The notes: generated by a model from the letters alone, not told the origin. Counted from the first letter of the stretch, positions 11,174 through 21,600 are shown. The stretch: 64,000 bases of DNA from Candidatus Uhrbacteria bacterium CG_4_9_14_3_um_filter_41_35 (GCA_002791275.1 PFWT01000006.1:8831-72830); one strand, 5' to 3'. Made by a program: numbers and translations.

Positions 11174-12060
11174 AGATTCTTCGCCGTGATTCACGTTAGG
11201 CTCAAAATGACGCGGTTTGTAATTTTCATCGAGGTGCCAAACGTCAGTCTCAGAATGACGGTTTGGTTTTAATGATACGATGTGATTTTTATGCCGTTGT
11301 ATTGATTAGTCACCCTTCACTCATACCGTCATCCTGAAGCTGGCGACGACTTACGCTGAAGGATCTCCTTCGTTCCGTACTGAATCGAAACGCATTTACG
11401 ATATAATTCAACACTGAGATTCTTCGGTGTAATCCACGTTCACCTCAGAATGACGGTTTGGTTGGTTTAATGAGCTTAGCTTTGAACTTTATCCTTCACT
11501 CATACCGTCATCCTGAAGCTGGCGACGACTTACGCTGAAGGATCTCCTTCGCCCTGTGCTGAACCGACATTTGTTTGGTGATTCGGTAATGAGATTCTTC
11601 GGTGTGATTCACGTTCACCTCTGAATGACGGTTTAATTAGATTCTTCAATGTGCCAAACGCTAGGCTCTAAATGACGGTTTGGTTTCATGAGGACAATTT
11701 TATTCTATTGCTTCTCACCCATACCGTCATCCTGAAGCGAGCGCCAGGTTACGCTGAAGGATCTCCTTCGTTTAGCTGAACCGACATTTACTTAGTGATT
11801 CAGCAATGAGATTCTTCGGTATGGTCCACGTTCACCTCAGAATGACGATTTGGTGCGTTGTCTAGCTTATCCGATGTTGTAAAAATAAAATACAATCTTT
11901 GTGAGCATAAAATGCTCACAAACTAAGACTGAGTTGCAGATGCGACTCAGTCGCATCTGCAACTCAGTCTTAGATAATAAATAATAAACTTGCAAATCAA
12001 ATCAAATCAAATCAAATCAAACCGTAACCCAGGCCTTGACTAGGGTCAATCAGTAAATTA
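11174..12060 (+). repeat. Composite non-coding repeat, copy 1: CGTC-type REP-like doublets plus palindromic cap
   Basis: Three inverted doublets (11325-11457, 11504-11632, 11723-11849), three solo degenerate units, a 51-bp palindrome at 11923-11973 and (AATCA)5; second copy at 37.5-38.2 kb. Confidence 0.92.
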
Positions 12061-12116
12061 ACAAAGCTCTTTTCGTGACCTAAAACCTAACGCCCAATTC
12101 CTAACTCCTATAATAC

Positions 12117-12142
12117 ATAAAAACAGCCGAAGCTGTTTTTAT
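12117..12142. terminator. Intrinsic terminator of nusA-yidC
   Basis: ATAAAAACAGC-CGAA-GCTGTTTTTAT. Confidence 0.75.
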
Positions 12143-12151
12143 AACTCGATC

Positions 12152-12910
12152 TTATTTCTTCGCCTCCACCTCCACAACATTGCCAACCTTCACTGTTTTC
12201 TTATCACTCAAGAAAATCTTGTAGAGGATAATCGTTAGGAAAGTTGTTACTAGCCAGTAAAGCATTATTCCACCTGGTAGTGATGTTGAACCAAAGAGCA
12301 GAGTCATAGCTGGCATCATATAGATCATCATCTTATTCATACTTGCTGCCATATCCTCATCCATTGCTCCTGATTGCTTTCTAACATCAGGTGCTGGTCT
12401 GGTCTGAACTGTGTATTTAACCTGGTAGTACTGCGCAATCGCTGCCGCCACCGCTAGCGGGATAGAAACCACGGCTAGATCAATACCAAACGAAACCGAC
12501 TCAATCACTCCTGGGTTATGCACAAAACCGTACAAAATAGTGGGATCAACTTCCCCCAATCCTTTTTGCAAAACTTGAAAAAGTGCAATAAAAATTGGTA
12601 ATTGTACTAAAAGTGGTAAACAAGAAGCAAACGGATTAACATTATTTTCTTTGTAAACCGCCATCAACTCCTTCGACATCGTTTCTTTATCGTCTTTATA
12701 CTTCTCCCGAATTTCCTTAATAATTGGCTGAATCTCCTGCATATCTTTCTGGCTCTTTAAAGTCTTGAAAGTTAACGGAAATAGGAGCCCCTTGATAACC
12801 ACGGTCACAGCCACAATCGCTAGACCAATCCCCGCTCCAGGCCAAGCGTCGTAGAACCAAACCAGTAGATTGTAAAGTGGCTGATAAAAAATTGCAAAGA
12901 AAATATCCAT
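12152..12910 (-). CDS. yidC: Membrane protein insertase YidC/Oxa1 (short form)
   Basis: LLFPL...MQEIQP, NPFASCLPLLVQLPIFIALF, LYWLV motifs. Confidence 0.95.
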   Translation of the reverse strand: MDIFFAIFYQPLYNLLVWFYDAWPGAGIGLAIVAVTVVIKGLLFPLTFKTLKSQKDMQEIQPIIKEIREKYKDDKETMSKELMAVYKENNVNPFASCLPLLVQLPIFIALFQVLQKGLGEVDPTILYGFVHNPGVIESVSFGIDLAVVSIPLAVAAAIAQYYQVKYTVQTRPAPDVRKQSGAMDEDMAASMNKMMIYMMPAMTLLFGSTSLPGGIMLYWLVTTFLTIILYKIFLSDKKTVKVGNVVEVEAKK

Positions 12911-12912
12911 AA

Positions 12913-14259
12913 TTATTCAGTCACTTCCTCCGCTTTTTCGTTGTCATCCTCTTCAATTTCCGCCTTTGCAATTTCCTCAGCCTCCGCCAATAGCTCTGGT
13001 ATTACCTCAGTAGCTCCAGGAACTATCACCTCTTCCTCATCTTTCGTTTCAGTTGTTGGCTTTGGTTTAACTTCTTCGCCGTCAGTTACTGAAACCTTCC
13101 AGCCAGTCAATTTAGCAGCCAATCTTACGTTCTGACCACCTCGACCAATAGCGAGCGATAACTGTCCTTCTTCCACGAGTGCTAACGCCATTCGTTCTTC
13201 TTCGTTTAGCGTTACTTCTTTTACTTTTGCTGGCGCTAAAGCTGAACCAATAAAACTAGCAGGATTTTCACTCCACTCAATCACGTCAATTTTTTCTCCG
13301 TTTAGCTCATTGATAATTGTTTGGATTCGAACACCCCGCTGACCAATGGCCGCACCAATCGGATCGATTGTGCTATCTGTGCTTGAAACAGCTACCTTTG
13401 TTCTAGCTCCAGCCTCGCGCGCCATAGCTTTGATTACCACTGTACCGTCAGCAATTTCCGGAATCTCGAGTTCGAACAAAACTCTAACCAATTCCTCGCT
13501 AGTTCGTGAAAGTAAAATTTGTGGGCCACGTGTCCCAAGGGTAACCTCACGAACATAAACTTTAATTCGGTCACCTGCAGTGTATTTTTCTGAAGGGATC
13601 TGATCTTCAGGCAACATAATTCCCGAAATTCGACCAAGGTCAACAAGCAAAACCCGACCTTCACGGCGTTGAACAGTTCCAACCAGAACTTCGCCTTCTT
13701 GCCCCTTAAACTCATTGAAAACAATTTCACGTTCCGCTTCTCGAAGCTTCTGAGTAATTACCTGTTTAGCGGTCATCGCTGCCATGCGACCAAACTCACC
13801 AGGCAACGGTAACTCTCTTCTGAACACATCTCCGATCTTTGAAGTCATCTTTAGCACCATCGCGTCCCGAAGCATAATTTCGGTCTTTGGGTTAAAAGTT
13901 GGACCATCTAAAATTTCTTCCTCTTGGTTAATCTTGTCACCGTCCTCATTTCTATCAACCCGAAGGCCAGCTTCTCGCGCTGCCTTTGCCGCTTCCCGAG
14001 CTGCTGTTTCTTCAGCCTGACGCTCCTCGATAATAGCTACTTCCTCCTCAGTTAGGTTGTCAACCACTGTTTTTACATCAAAAGCCTTTACGCCACCAGT
14101 TTCGGTGTCGAATTCAATTTCGATGTTTTGCATCCTGTCGCCATAATCTTTTCTGTACGCAGCCGCAAGTGCCACCTCGATTGTTTCAATTACTGAATCG
14201 TAAGAAAGCCCTTTTTCTTCACAAATTTGTCTAATCGCCTGCTCAATATCTGAAGCCAT
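12913..14259 (-). CDS. nusA: Transcription elongation factor NusA
   Basis: FGRMAAMTAKQVITQKLREAER, S1 and KH domains, LAIGRGGQNVRLAAKLTGW. Confidence 0.98.
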   Translation of the reverse strand: MASDIEQAIRQICEEKGLSYDSVIETIEVALAAAYRKDYGDRMQNIEIEFDTETGGVKAFDVKTVVDNLTEEEVAIIEERQAEETAAREAAKAAREAGLRVDRNEDGDKINQEEEILDGPTFNPKTEIMLRDAMVLKMTSKIGDVFRRELPLPGEFGRMAAMTAKQVITQKLREAEREIVFNEFKGQEGEVLVGTVQRREGRVLLVDLGRISGIMLPEDQIPSEKYTAGDRIKVYVREVTLGTRGPQILLSRTSEELVRVLFELEIPEIADGTVVIKAMAREAGARTKVAVSSTDSTIDPIGAAIGQRGVRIQTIINELNGEKIDVIEWSENPASFIGSALAPAKVKEVTLNEEERMALALVEEGQLSLAIGRGGQNVRLAAKLTGWKVSVTDGEEVKPKPTTETKDEEEVIVPGATEVIPELLAEAEEIAKAEIEEDDNEKAEEVTE

Positions 14260-14294
14260 ATTTTTTTAAATTTTATTTTACATTTATAATAAAC

Positions 14295-14317
14295 GTGCCC
14301 GGCATTCAGCCGAGCAT
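14295..14317 (-). promoter_or_regulatory. nusA 5' leader hairpin (putative attenuator)
   Basis: UGCUCGGC-UGAAU-GCCGGGCA followed by a weak U-tract, between a TTGCCT-17-TAGTAT promoter and the nusA ATG. Confidence 0.55.
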
Positions 14318-14427
14318 TCATCAGTAATAAAATACTACCAGAACATCAGAATTAAGGCAAGATACTTGACAAAACCTCTAAATAATTCTAATCTGAACCG
14401 TTCTGTTCATTTAAACTTGGAGAAATC

Positions 14428-15162
14428 ATGACCCCTACATTTAAATACCCATATTTTCAGTTCTTCATTGATCCTGTTAGTTTAGGACCAAGGAAAATTA
14501 TGGGTACTGATGACCAGTATCTTGTGCAATCTTTAAAAGATGATCAGGGCAACGCCTTTGATCTCACCTTAAAGTACAGTCGATCTCGAGAATTTGAGAT
14601 CGATGAGAACGTGATCCGACAATATGCTGTTCTTCCACGTTCGGTCTTGAAGTTTGTGTACCGAGTGGTCTATGTATTCTTGGCCCGCGGTCCTGCACTC
14701 AGCAAACTACCTTCACCCGGTTGCTATCCAGACAAAAAAAACAACTGGCGCATCGTGGTTGAAACAACGGGTGATGCTACTTGCTGGCGAATTAGTCTTG
14801 TGGCTGCCGATCTAGTTAGTCTTCACCTCCTGCAAAAACGATTGTCGGCGGGAGAATTCAGAAACCTGAGCGTGATACCGGAAGTAGCACCGCCTCCGCC
14901 ACGGCTAAATCCGGTAGCGAGTCGCGATCGGATTGCTCGGCGGGGCAAGAAGATTGTTACAGCCCCCTTCACGACAGAAGTTGAAGTAAAAGCTCAATTA
15001 ATCGATTCCGGACTCTACCGTGCGTATTTTTCAAGTGGACGAGTTACGCAACTTAAAAACGGAGAGTTCAAGGTCAAGGTCAGTTCGCTTGATAAAAGCT
15101 ATGCTGAACAGTTTCTTGCCGAACTGACAGCCGGTCGATTAAAGCCCGTTCGTGAGGAGTAA
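14428..15162 (+). CDS. Hypothetical orphan protein
   Basis: 244-aa ORF with its own TTGACA-17-TAATCT promoter, GGAG SD and downstream terminator hairpin. Confidence 0.7.
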   Translation: MTPTFKYPYFQFFIDPVSLGPRKIMGTDDQYLVQSLKDDQGNAFDLTLKYSRSREFEIDENVIRQYAVLPRSVLKFVYRVVYVFLARGPALSKLPSPGCYPDKKNNWRIVVETTGDATCWRISLVAADLVSLHLLQKRLSAGEFRNLSVIPEVAPPPPRLNPVASRDRIARRGKKIVTAPFTTEVEVKAQLIDSGLYRAYFSSGRVTQLKNGEFKVKVSSLDKSYAEQFLAELTAGRLKPVREE

Positions 15163-15190
15163 TGCTGTGCATCAAGTGCACAGCATTTTT
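15161..15190 (+). terminator. Intrinsic terminator
   Basis: AATGCTGTGCA-TCAAG-TGCACAGCATT followed by TTT. Confidence 0.75.
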
Positions 15191-15192
15191 AA

Positions 15193-15549
15193 TTACTCCC
15201 CCACACCCTCAATGTGATTGAACTCTAGCTCGGTTTTACCAAAAGTAATTGCCACCACATCAATTCGCCACGGTTTTAAAAGCCAATTTTTTTCTTTTAA
15301 AAACTTATCCCCCACGGCAATAATTTTTTCAATTTTACTGGCCGTTACCGACTCTTCCGGAAAACCAAAGTCCGAAGTTTTACGCGCCTTCACCTCAACA
15401 AAAACGACCTCACTACCGTCTAAAGCAATTAGGTCGATTTCACCGAATCTACTTCGGTATTGTTTTGCAATAATTTTTAAGCCTTTGTTCTGAAGATATT
15501 TGGCAGTGAGGTCTTCGGCCTTGTTTCCAAATATTCTTCTAAGATCCAT
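15193..15549 (-). CDS. yraN: YraN family (UPF0102) PD-(D/E)xK endonuclease
   Basis: G-x2-AE, GEIDLIA, VFVEVKAR, WRIDVVAI. Confidence 0.93.
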   Translation of the reverse strand: MDLRRIFGNKAEDLTAKYLQNKGLKIIAKQYRSRFGEIDLIALDGSEVVFVEVKARKTSDFGFPEESVTASKIEKIIAVGDKFLKEKNWLLKPWRIDVVAITFGKTELEFNHIEGVGE

Positions 15550-15550
15550 A

Positions 15551-15967
15551 TTATCGGTTTCGTCTTGGAATGTATTTATTGAATGTTGCTCTGTTTGTCG
15601 CTTCCTCTTTTGCCTTAGGTACCATCACTTTTGCAAAACGCACAATACTTACTGCCCAAGCAACCAAACCGATCGCCCAAAGAATATACCAAAAACGTGC
15701 ACTGAACAAGTAGATTTCTTCGTAGGTAAAAAAGAAAATCCCCATCCCTACAAATCCCATAGTTACGAGCATTGAAGCTAGTTTTTGGTAAGTCTTCACA
15801 AGGTAACGATCATCTTTTTTGTTTTTCGCTACGATTTTAGCTACGGCTCCAAAAAGGATTAAACCACTAAACCCTAGGAAAAATGCTTTTTCAAAAACTG
15901 GGCTAAGACCAACAGGTGCTAGGTTCAGCCAAAAACTCGGATTTAAAACTGGTGTTAGATCTATCAT
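15551..15967 (-). CDS. Hypothetical membrane protein (about 3 TM)
   Basis: Hydrophobic segments; tightly packed in an operon. Confidence 0.75.
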   Translation of the reverse strand: MIDLTPVLNPSFWLNLAPVGLSPVFEKAFFLGFSGLILFGAVAKIVAKNKKDDRYLVKTYQKLASMLVTMGFVGMGIFFFTYEEIYLFSARFWYILWAIGLVAWAVSIVRFAKVMVPKAKEEATNRATFNKYIPRRNR

Positions 15968-15979
15968 ACGGTTGGAATA

Positions 15980-16543
15980 TTAACTATTTGCTAGTTTTTC
16001 GTCAAGCATCGCCTGAATACCATAGTGGTGTTCTCCTGCACTAAAATCATAGAGCCCCTGCCAACCCTCTCCAGCCAAGTGACGCATCACTTCCATCACG
16101 TCTGTTCGGTGCTCAACCGGTGGCGCGACCAAACTTTCCGTTCTCGGTGACCAATCCACAATCAAAATCCGTCCGCTCGGGTTTAACAGTCTCCGCATCT
16201 CCCGCAATACTGCGCGTAAGTCATTCACTACCCACAAGTTATTCACAAAAAAGATCCGGTCGAGCGTGCCTGCTTCAATCTGCACTCCCTCTTCCCGTTC
16301 AAAATCCCCCCAAATAATATCCGTGTTCAAATGCCCACCACTTGCTAAACGACTTTGCAAAGACTCAAGCGCCTGCGGCATAATATCCACTGCGTACACT
16401 CGCCCGTTTTCCCCTACCATTAACGACGCTGGCAATACCATGTGCCCCGCCATCCCACAACCAAAATCCGCCACGTGCATCCCTGGCCCAACTCCACATT
16501 CACGCAGTAATTTTCGCGCGTCTAAAAGTGTGTTTCCGATCAT
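15980..16543 (-). CDS. Class I SAM-dependent methyltransferase
   Basis: VADFGCG, VYAVDI, LNPSGRILIVDW. Confidence 0.88.
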   Translation of the reverse strand: MIGNTLLDARKLLRECGVGPGMHVADFGCGMAGHMVLPASLMVGENGRVYAVDIMPQALESLQSRLASGGHLNTDIIWGDFEREEGVQIEAGTLDRIFFVNNLWVVNDLRAVLREMRRLLNPSGRILIVDWSPRTESLVAPPVEHRTDVMEVMRHLAGEGWQGLYDFSAGEHHYGIQAMLDEKLANS

Positions 16544-16797
16544 ACCGTTCCCCCAAAAATTTTTCTTAAAAAGTCACCAAACAAAATATCCACCATATCG
16601 GTTAAAATAATCGCCCCGAGCATCATGGTTCCGACTGCTACCATTTTATAAAAAGTCTTCGTTTGTCCAACGCCCAAAGTCCGCTCTGCCCAGTCGTTTC
16701 GGCCAAAGATGCTTTGCACAGTTTCAGTTTTCCAGACGGCTAAAAAGGAGACAATAATAACCCCCAGCCCAATTAATATTCGTGTAAGTGGTGACAT
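16540..16797 (-). CDS. Small 2-TM membrane protein
   Basis: Two hydrophobic helices; ATGA overlap with the methyltransferase. Confidence 0.75.
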   Translation of the reverse strand: MSPLTRILIGLGVIIVSFLAVWKTETVQSIFGRNDWAERTLGVGQTKTFYKMVAVGTMMLGAIILTDMVDILFGDFLRKIFGGTV

Positions 16798-16894
16798 ATA
16801 TTTCTTTTCTCCATTATGCCATAAATCTGAATATTGGGGTACAGATTATATATAATATAGGTATTCTATTATTCTGTATTTTATAGGTTCACAT

Positions 16895-16919
16895 AAAACC
16901 ACGTTCAAGGCGTGGTTTT
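16895..16919. terminator. Intrinsic terminator after sulP
   Basis: AAAACCACG-TTCAAGG-CGTGGTTTT. Confidence 0.65.
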
Positions 16920-16924
16920 GTTCG

Positions 16925-18586
16925 TTAATCTTTACCCTCTTCCAGGGTAATCGCATTAATCGCGTCCGAGGTTCGGTTATAGATTTTTCCGTCAACTTGT
17001 TTTTGTTTATAAAAATCTTTTTTATAAATTAGTTTCTCAACCTCCTTGTTAATCCCTGAAAGCAAGATATGTTTGTTCTTATTTTTCTTTAAGGCGGAGA
17101 TGAATTCACCAAGATAATCTATACCGTCAATGTCAGCGTAAAATGAATATCTAAGTGAAACAATTACATAATTATTGTTACGAATTTTTTCGGCCGCCTC
17201 GAGGTGGGCCGGCATATTTATGTAAGTCATAGTTCCTGAAATTTTGTACACAACCACATCCGAATCTACCACTTCTTTTTTCAAAAATTCATTCTTCAGT
17301 AATGCTTCGGTTATGGCACCATTTTTCCAAAGCAAAACCTCAGTTTGACCGTACGAAAGCTTATTTACAAAAATTAGGAGCGCAATTACTGTACCAATCA
17401 AAATCCCGATAATCGGGTCCTCCACCACCACAATTATTGCCACAAAAAGTGAAAGCGCAAATGCAATTTTTTCGTTTTCGATAAGGTGGATGAAGTGTTT
17501 TTTTTCTACCATCCTGATCGCCACCACTACTAAAATTGAGGCAATCGCTACCATTGGTAGTAATTTGAAAAAATCGATAAAAAAGATCGCAATTACACCA
17601 ACCGCTATTGCGCTCACTAGTCCCGAGGATTTGTGTGTTGCGCCGCTTTTTATGTTTAACGCAGTTCTAGCTAGTGCCGCCGTGGCTGGAATTCCGCCCA
17701 TTAAACCCGAACCGATGTTAGCAATTGAAAGACCAAGGACTTCTTTGCGGTGATCAAATTTACTGTCGGTCATATTGTCCGCAATTTGCCCAGAAAGCAG
17801 GGTTTCAAGGATGGCAATAATTGCTGTCGCAATTGCCAACTGCCAGATTTCTTTGCTAAGCAAAATACTTAGGGAAAACTGCGCTAGTGGATTTTCAAAC
17901 AGTGTGGCGTGAATTGAAGGATATTTATCACCGAGCGTTAGAATAGCTGGTGTGTAACCAAGTGCTGGCAGTGCCAGCATAAGAGCGATCGATACAAAAG
18001 CGGCTATCGCAGAACCTGGGACTTTTGGAAATTTTTTATCCCAAACAATTATAAACATTGTGCAGAAAATAAAGATCAACAAAACTTGCCAGTTAGTTTT
18101 TTCTAAATTTTGTAAAAGTAGGTGAGTATTGCCAAGTACACTTTCGACTTTGTCTAAACCAGTTATCCCAAGGGCGTTGTCGAGCTGACCGAGGCCGATA
18201 ATAAAAGCCACCCCGAGCGTAAAACCGTGAACAATCGCCCGCGGGATGAAAATAATATATTTATCTAGATGAAAAATGTAAGCGATAAAAATTAGCAACC
18301 CAGAAAGCACCGCTACAACCGGGAGAACTTGGTAACCATTAATTAAAGCATAGGACCCTAAAATTCCCGACAGCGCCCCAGTTGGTCCGACAATGTTGTA
18401 ATTACTGCTTCCAACTACTGCCGCCAACAAACCCGCCCAAAATGCAGTAATAATCCCCTGAGTCGGCGTTGCGCCCGAAGTGATTGCAAGCGCCAGAGCC
18501 AGCGGGATACTAACAATACTCACAGTTAAGCCCGATTTCCAGTTCCGACCCACAGACTTTACCAAATCTAAAGTGTTAGAAAACAT
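16925..18586 (-). CDS. SulP/SLC26 family anion transporter with STAS domain
   Basis: GLTVSIVSIPLALALAI, IVGPTGA, GGIPATAALART, C-terminal STAS-like region. Confidence 0.92.
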   Translation of the reverse strand: MFSNTLDLVKSVGRNWKSGLTVSIVSIPLALALAITSGATPTQGIITAFWAGLLAAVVGSSNYNIVGPTGALSGILGSYALINGYQVLPVVAVLSGLLIFIAYIFHLDKYIIFIPRAIVHGFTLGVAFIIGLGQLDNALGITGLDKVESVLGNTHLLLQNLEKTNWQVLLIFIFCTMFIIVWDKKFPKVPGSAIAAFVSIALMLALPALGYTPAILTLGDKYPSIHATLFENPLAQFSLSILLSKEIWQLAIATAIIAILETLLSGQIADNMTDSKFDHRKEVLGLSIANIGSGLMGGIPATAALARTALNIKSGATHKSSGLVSAIAVGVIAIFFIDFFKLLPMVAIASILVVVAIRMVEKKHFIHLIENEKIAFALSLFVAIIVVVEDPIIGILIGTVIALLIFVNKLSYGQTEVLLWKNGAITEALLKNEFLKKEVVDSDVVVYKISGTMTYINMPAHLEAAEKIRNNNYVIVSLRYSFYADIDGIDYLGEFISALKKNKNKHILLSGINKEVEKLIYKKDFYKQKQVDGKIYNRTSDAINAITLEEGKD

Positions 18587-18697
18587 AAATGAAAATTTTG
18601 AATAGATGTTATTATTAAACCTACTAAGCTTAGAGTATTTTCATTATATAGTCAATTTATATTTTACTGGGATAAAAATTTGCATTATTTGTATTTT

Positions 18698-21600
18698 TTA
18701 TAGATTTTTAGCCGAAATATCGAAGAATCGTTCAAAGAAACTTGTTAGCTTATTTAAAACATTTTCTCGTTTTTTGCCATAACCGCCATCAGGAGAAAAA
18801 CGAGATGGGCGATTTATCATTATTTTACTAATTACAGTACCGGTTGTCGCTACATTTCCGTCTCTAAAAGCATTATTTATGAATTTGTAGGTAGCTTCTG
18901 GGTCAAGGTTTTCATTTTCAATTATTTTGTTGAGTTCTTCAATTTTCTTTTCTTCTACAAATTTTTGCCAATCTTCATCAATGATTGAATGAACATCAAG
19001 AGAAGTAATAAATTTATTGATAAGATCTTTTTTATTTCGGAGTTCAACACTAGAATCAATGGCTTTATTAATATCAACTAAAAGCTCTTTGTTTTTAGTA
19101 TGATCTTCATGATAGTGCTTAATAAGACCTAGAACATAATCAATATTAATTTCTACTTGTTTAATAAGCTCCATTTCAAAGACCACATCGTCATTAACAT
19201 TTTCTTTTTCTCCCTCTTCACCTTTACGAAATTCATTATATAAATCAATGTACATGCTATGGTAATCTTGCACATCACGCTCAGTCAAAATTTCATTTCC
19301 TGCAAATTCATCAAAAGTTGTAAGGATGTTTCGGACACGCAAAACCGCTCCGTATGATCTAATAAAATCTGTTTGAATCTGCTCTCCTACAATCCTTTCT
19401 CCTACCGGGAAATTTTCCAAAAGCTCATCAATCAAACTTTTGTATCCTCGGACTTCTTTATCGTCGTCTTTATAACCATTGTAATAGTCATTATAAGCTT
19501 TAAGAAGAACAATCCCACTGGCTTCCTTATCTCCAAAAAGTGCAATAGATTCGTTTGTCGCTTTTTCTAAATTGCGAAAACAAACAATATTTCCAAAGGT
19601 TTTTACACTATTCAAAATACGATTAGTTCTAGAAAATGCTTGAAGTAAACCATGCAAACGCAAGTTTTTATCTACCCAAATGGTATTCAGAGTTGTAGCA
19701 TCAAATCCAGTCAAAAACATGTTTACTACAATCAGAATATCAATTTCTCTATTTTTAACTCGCTCACTAACATCTTTGTAATAGTTTTGAAATTTATCTG
19801 ACGAAGTATCATAAGAAGTGCCAAACATTTTATTGTAATCACTAATGGCATTTTCAAGAAAATCTCGAGAACTAATATCAAGTCCGCTTGTATCTTCAGA
19901 ATTTTCATCAATCATTCCGTCCGCGTCTTCATCATTTACTCCAAAACTAAAAATTGTTGCTATTTTAAGTCGTTTATCGCTAGGTTCGTCGGCTAATTGT
20001 TTTTTAAATTCAAGATAATACTTTTTTGCCACATCAATAGAAGAAACGGCGAAAATTGAATTAAAGCCCGCTAGTCTGCGATCCTGTATTTTATAAAAAC
20101 TATTTCGTTTGGTTTTTTGGTCAAAGTGTTCCCGAATATATTTCACAATGTTTTCCAGTCGCTCCGGTGCTGAAAGAACAGCCTCGCGATCAATATCACG
20201 AACTTGAGCGTCTTCAATATTTTCCGCTTCATGAACGGTTGAAACATAATCAACTTTAAACGGTAAAACATTTTTGTCAGCAATAGCGTTAACAATTGTA
20301 TAGGTGTGAAGTTTCTCGCCAAAAGCCTGCTCGGTAGTTTTAAAATCAAGCCGACCACCAGATGAAGAATTTACAGCAAAAATAGGCGTGCCAGTAAAAC
20401 CAAATAAATGATATTTACTAAATGCTTTTACAATACTTGCATGCATATCGCCAAATTGCGAACGATGACATTCATCAAAAATTAAAACAATATGACCGTC
20501 AAAAATAGTATGATTTTTATTTTTACTTATAAATCTATCTAATTTTTGAATTGTGGTAACGATTATTCGAGAGTTTGAATCTTCTAACTGTTTTTTTAAT
20601 TTAGCTGTACTCGTATTACTGTTCGCCGCCCCTTTTTCAAATTTATCGTATTCTCGCATTGTTTGATAATCCAAGTCTTTACGATCAACTACAAACAATA
20701 CTTTGTCTATATACGGCAATTTACTAGCCAACTGAGCAGTCTTAAAACTTGTCAAAGTTTTTCCCGATCCGGTTGTATGCCAAACATAACCGCCAGCCTC
20801 AACTGTTCCGAGTTTTTTATAATTTGTACTAACCTCAACCCTGTTCAATATTCGTTCGGTCGCAACAATTTGATATGGCCTCATTACCAAAAGTTGCTTT
20901 TCGGTAGTAAATACGCAATATTTAGTTAGAATATTTAAAATCGTATGCTTAGCAAAAAATGTTTTGGCAAAATCCATTAAATCAGTAATCGGCCGATTGG
21001 TTGCGTCTGCCCACCAGCTCGTAAATTCAAAACTATTGCTCGATTTTTTTCCTTTTTTAATTTTACCCTCGCTTGATTCTTTTATGTGTTGAAATCTGGT
21101 TGTATTGCTGTAATATTTTGTATGAGTTCCGTTTGAGATGATAAATAACTGCACATATTCAAAAAGTCCGCTGGAAGCCCAAAAACTTTCTCGTTGATAA
21201 CGATTAATTTGATTAAATGCTTCGGAAATAGCAACTCCACGGCGTTTTAACTCAATATGAATAAGAGGTAGTCCATTCACAAGTACCGTCACATCATAAC
21301 GATTAGCCCGCTGTCCGTCTTCGGTCGTATATTGATTAATTACTTGCAGGCTATTATTATGGACATTTTTCTTATCTATCAAGTCTATATTTTTAAAAGT
21401 TCCGTCATCTCGGTCTAATATTTTCGTGCTGTCTTCTTGAATAGTAGTGGTTTTTTCTTCAATACTCTGATTTGGATTAGCGATAACACTCACAAAAAAC
21501 TTTTCCCATTCAGTATCTGAAAAAGTAAAATTATTTAATTTTTCCAGCTGCTGACGCAAGTTTAACACCAATTCATTTTCTGAAGTGATATTCAAATATT

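Noticed and set aside
11174-11850. CRISPR array
   Set aside because: Repeats alternate in orientation and are degenerate, the 'spacers' are homologous to each other, and no cas genes are present
11898-11922. lac operator or CRP site
   Set aside because: The TGTGAGC..GCTCACA arms resemble lacO but the spacing fits neither lacO nor CRP; treated as part of the repeat cap
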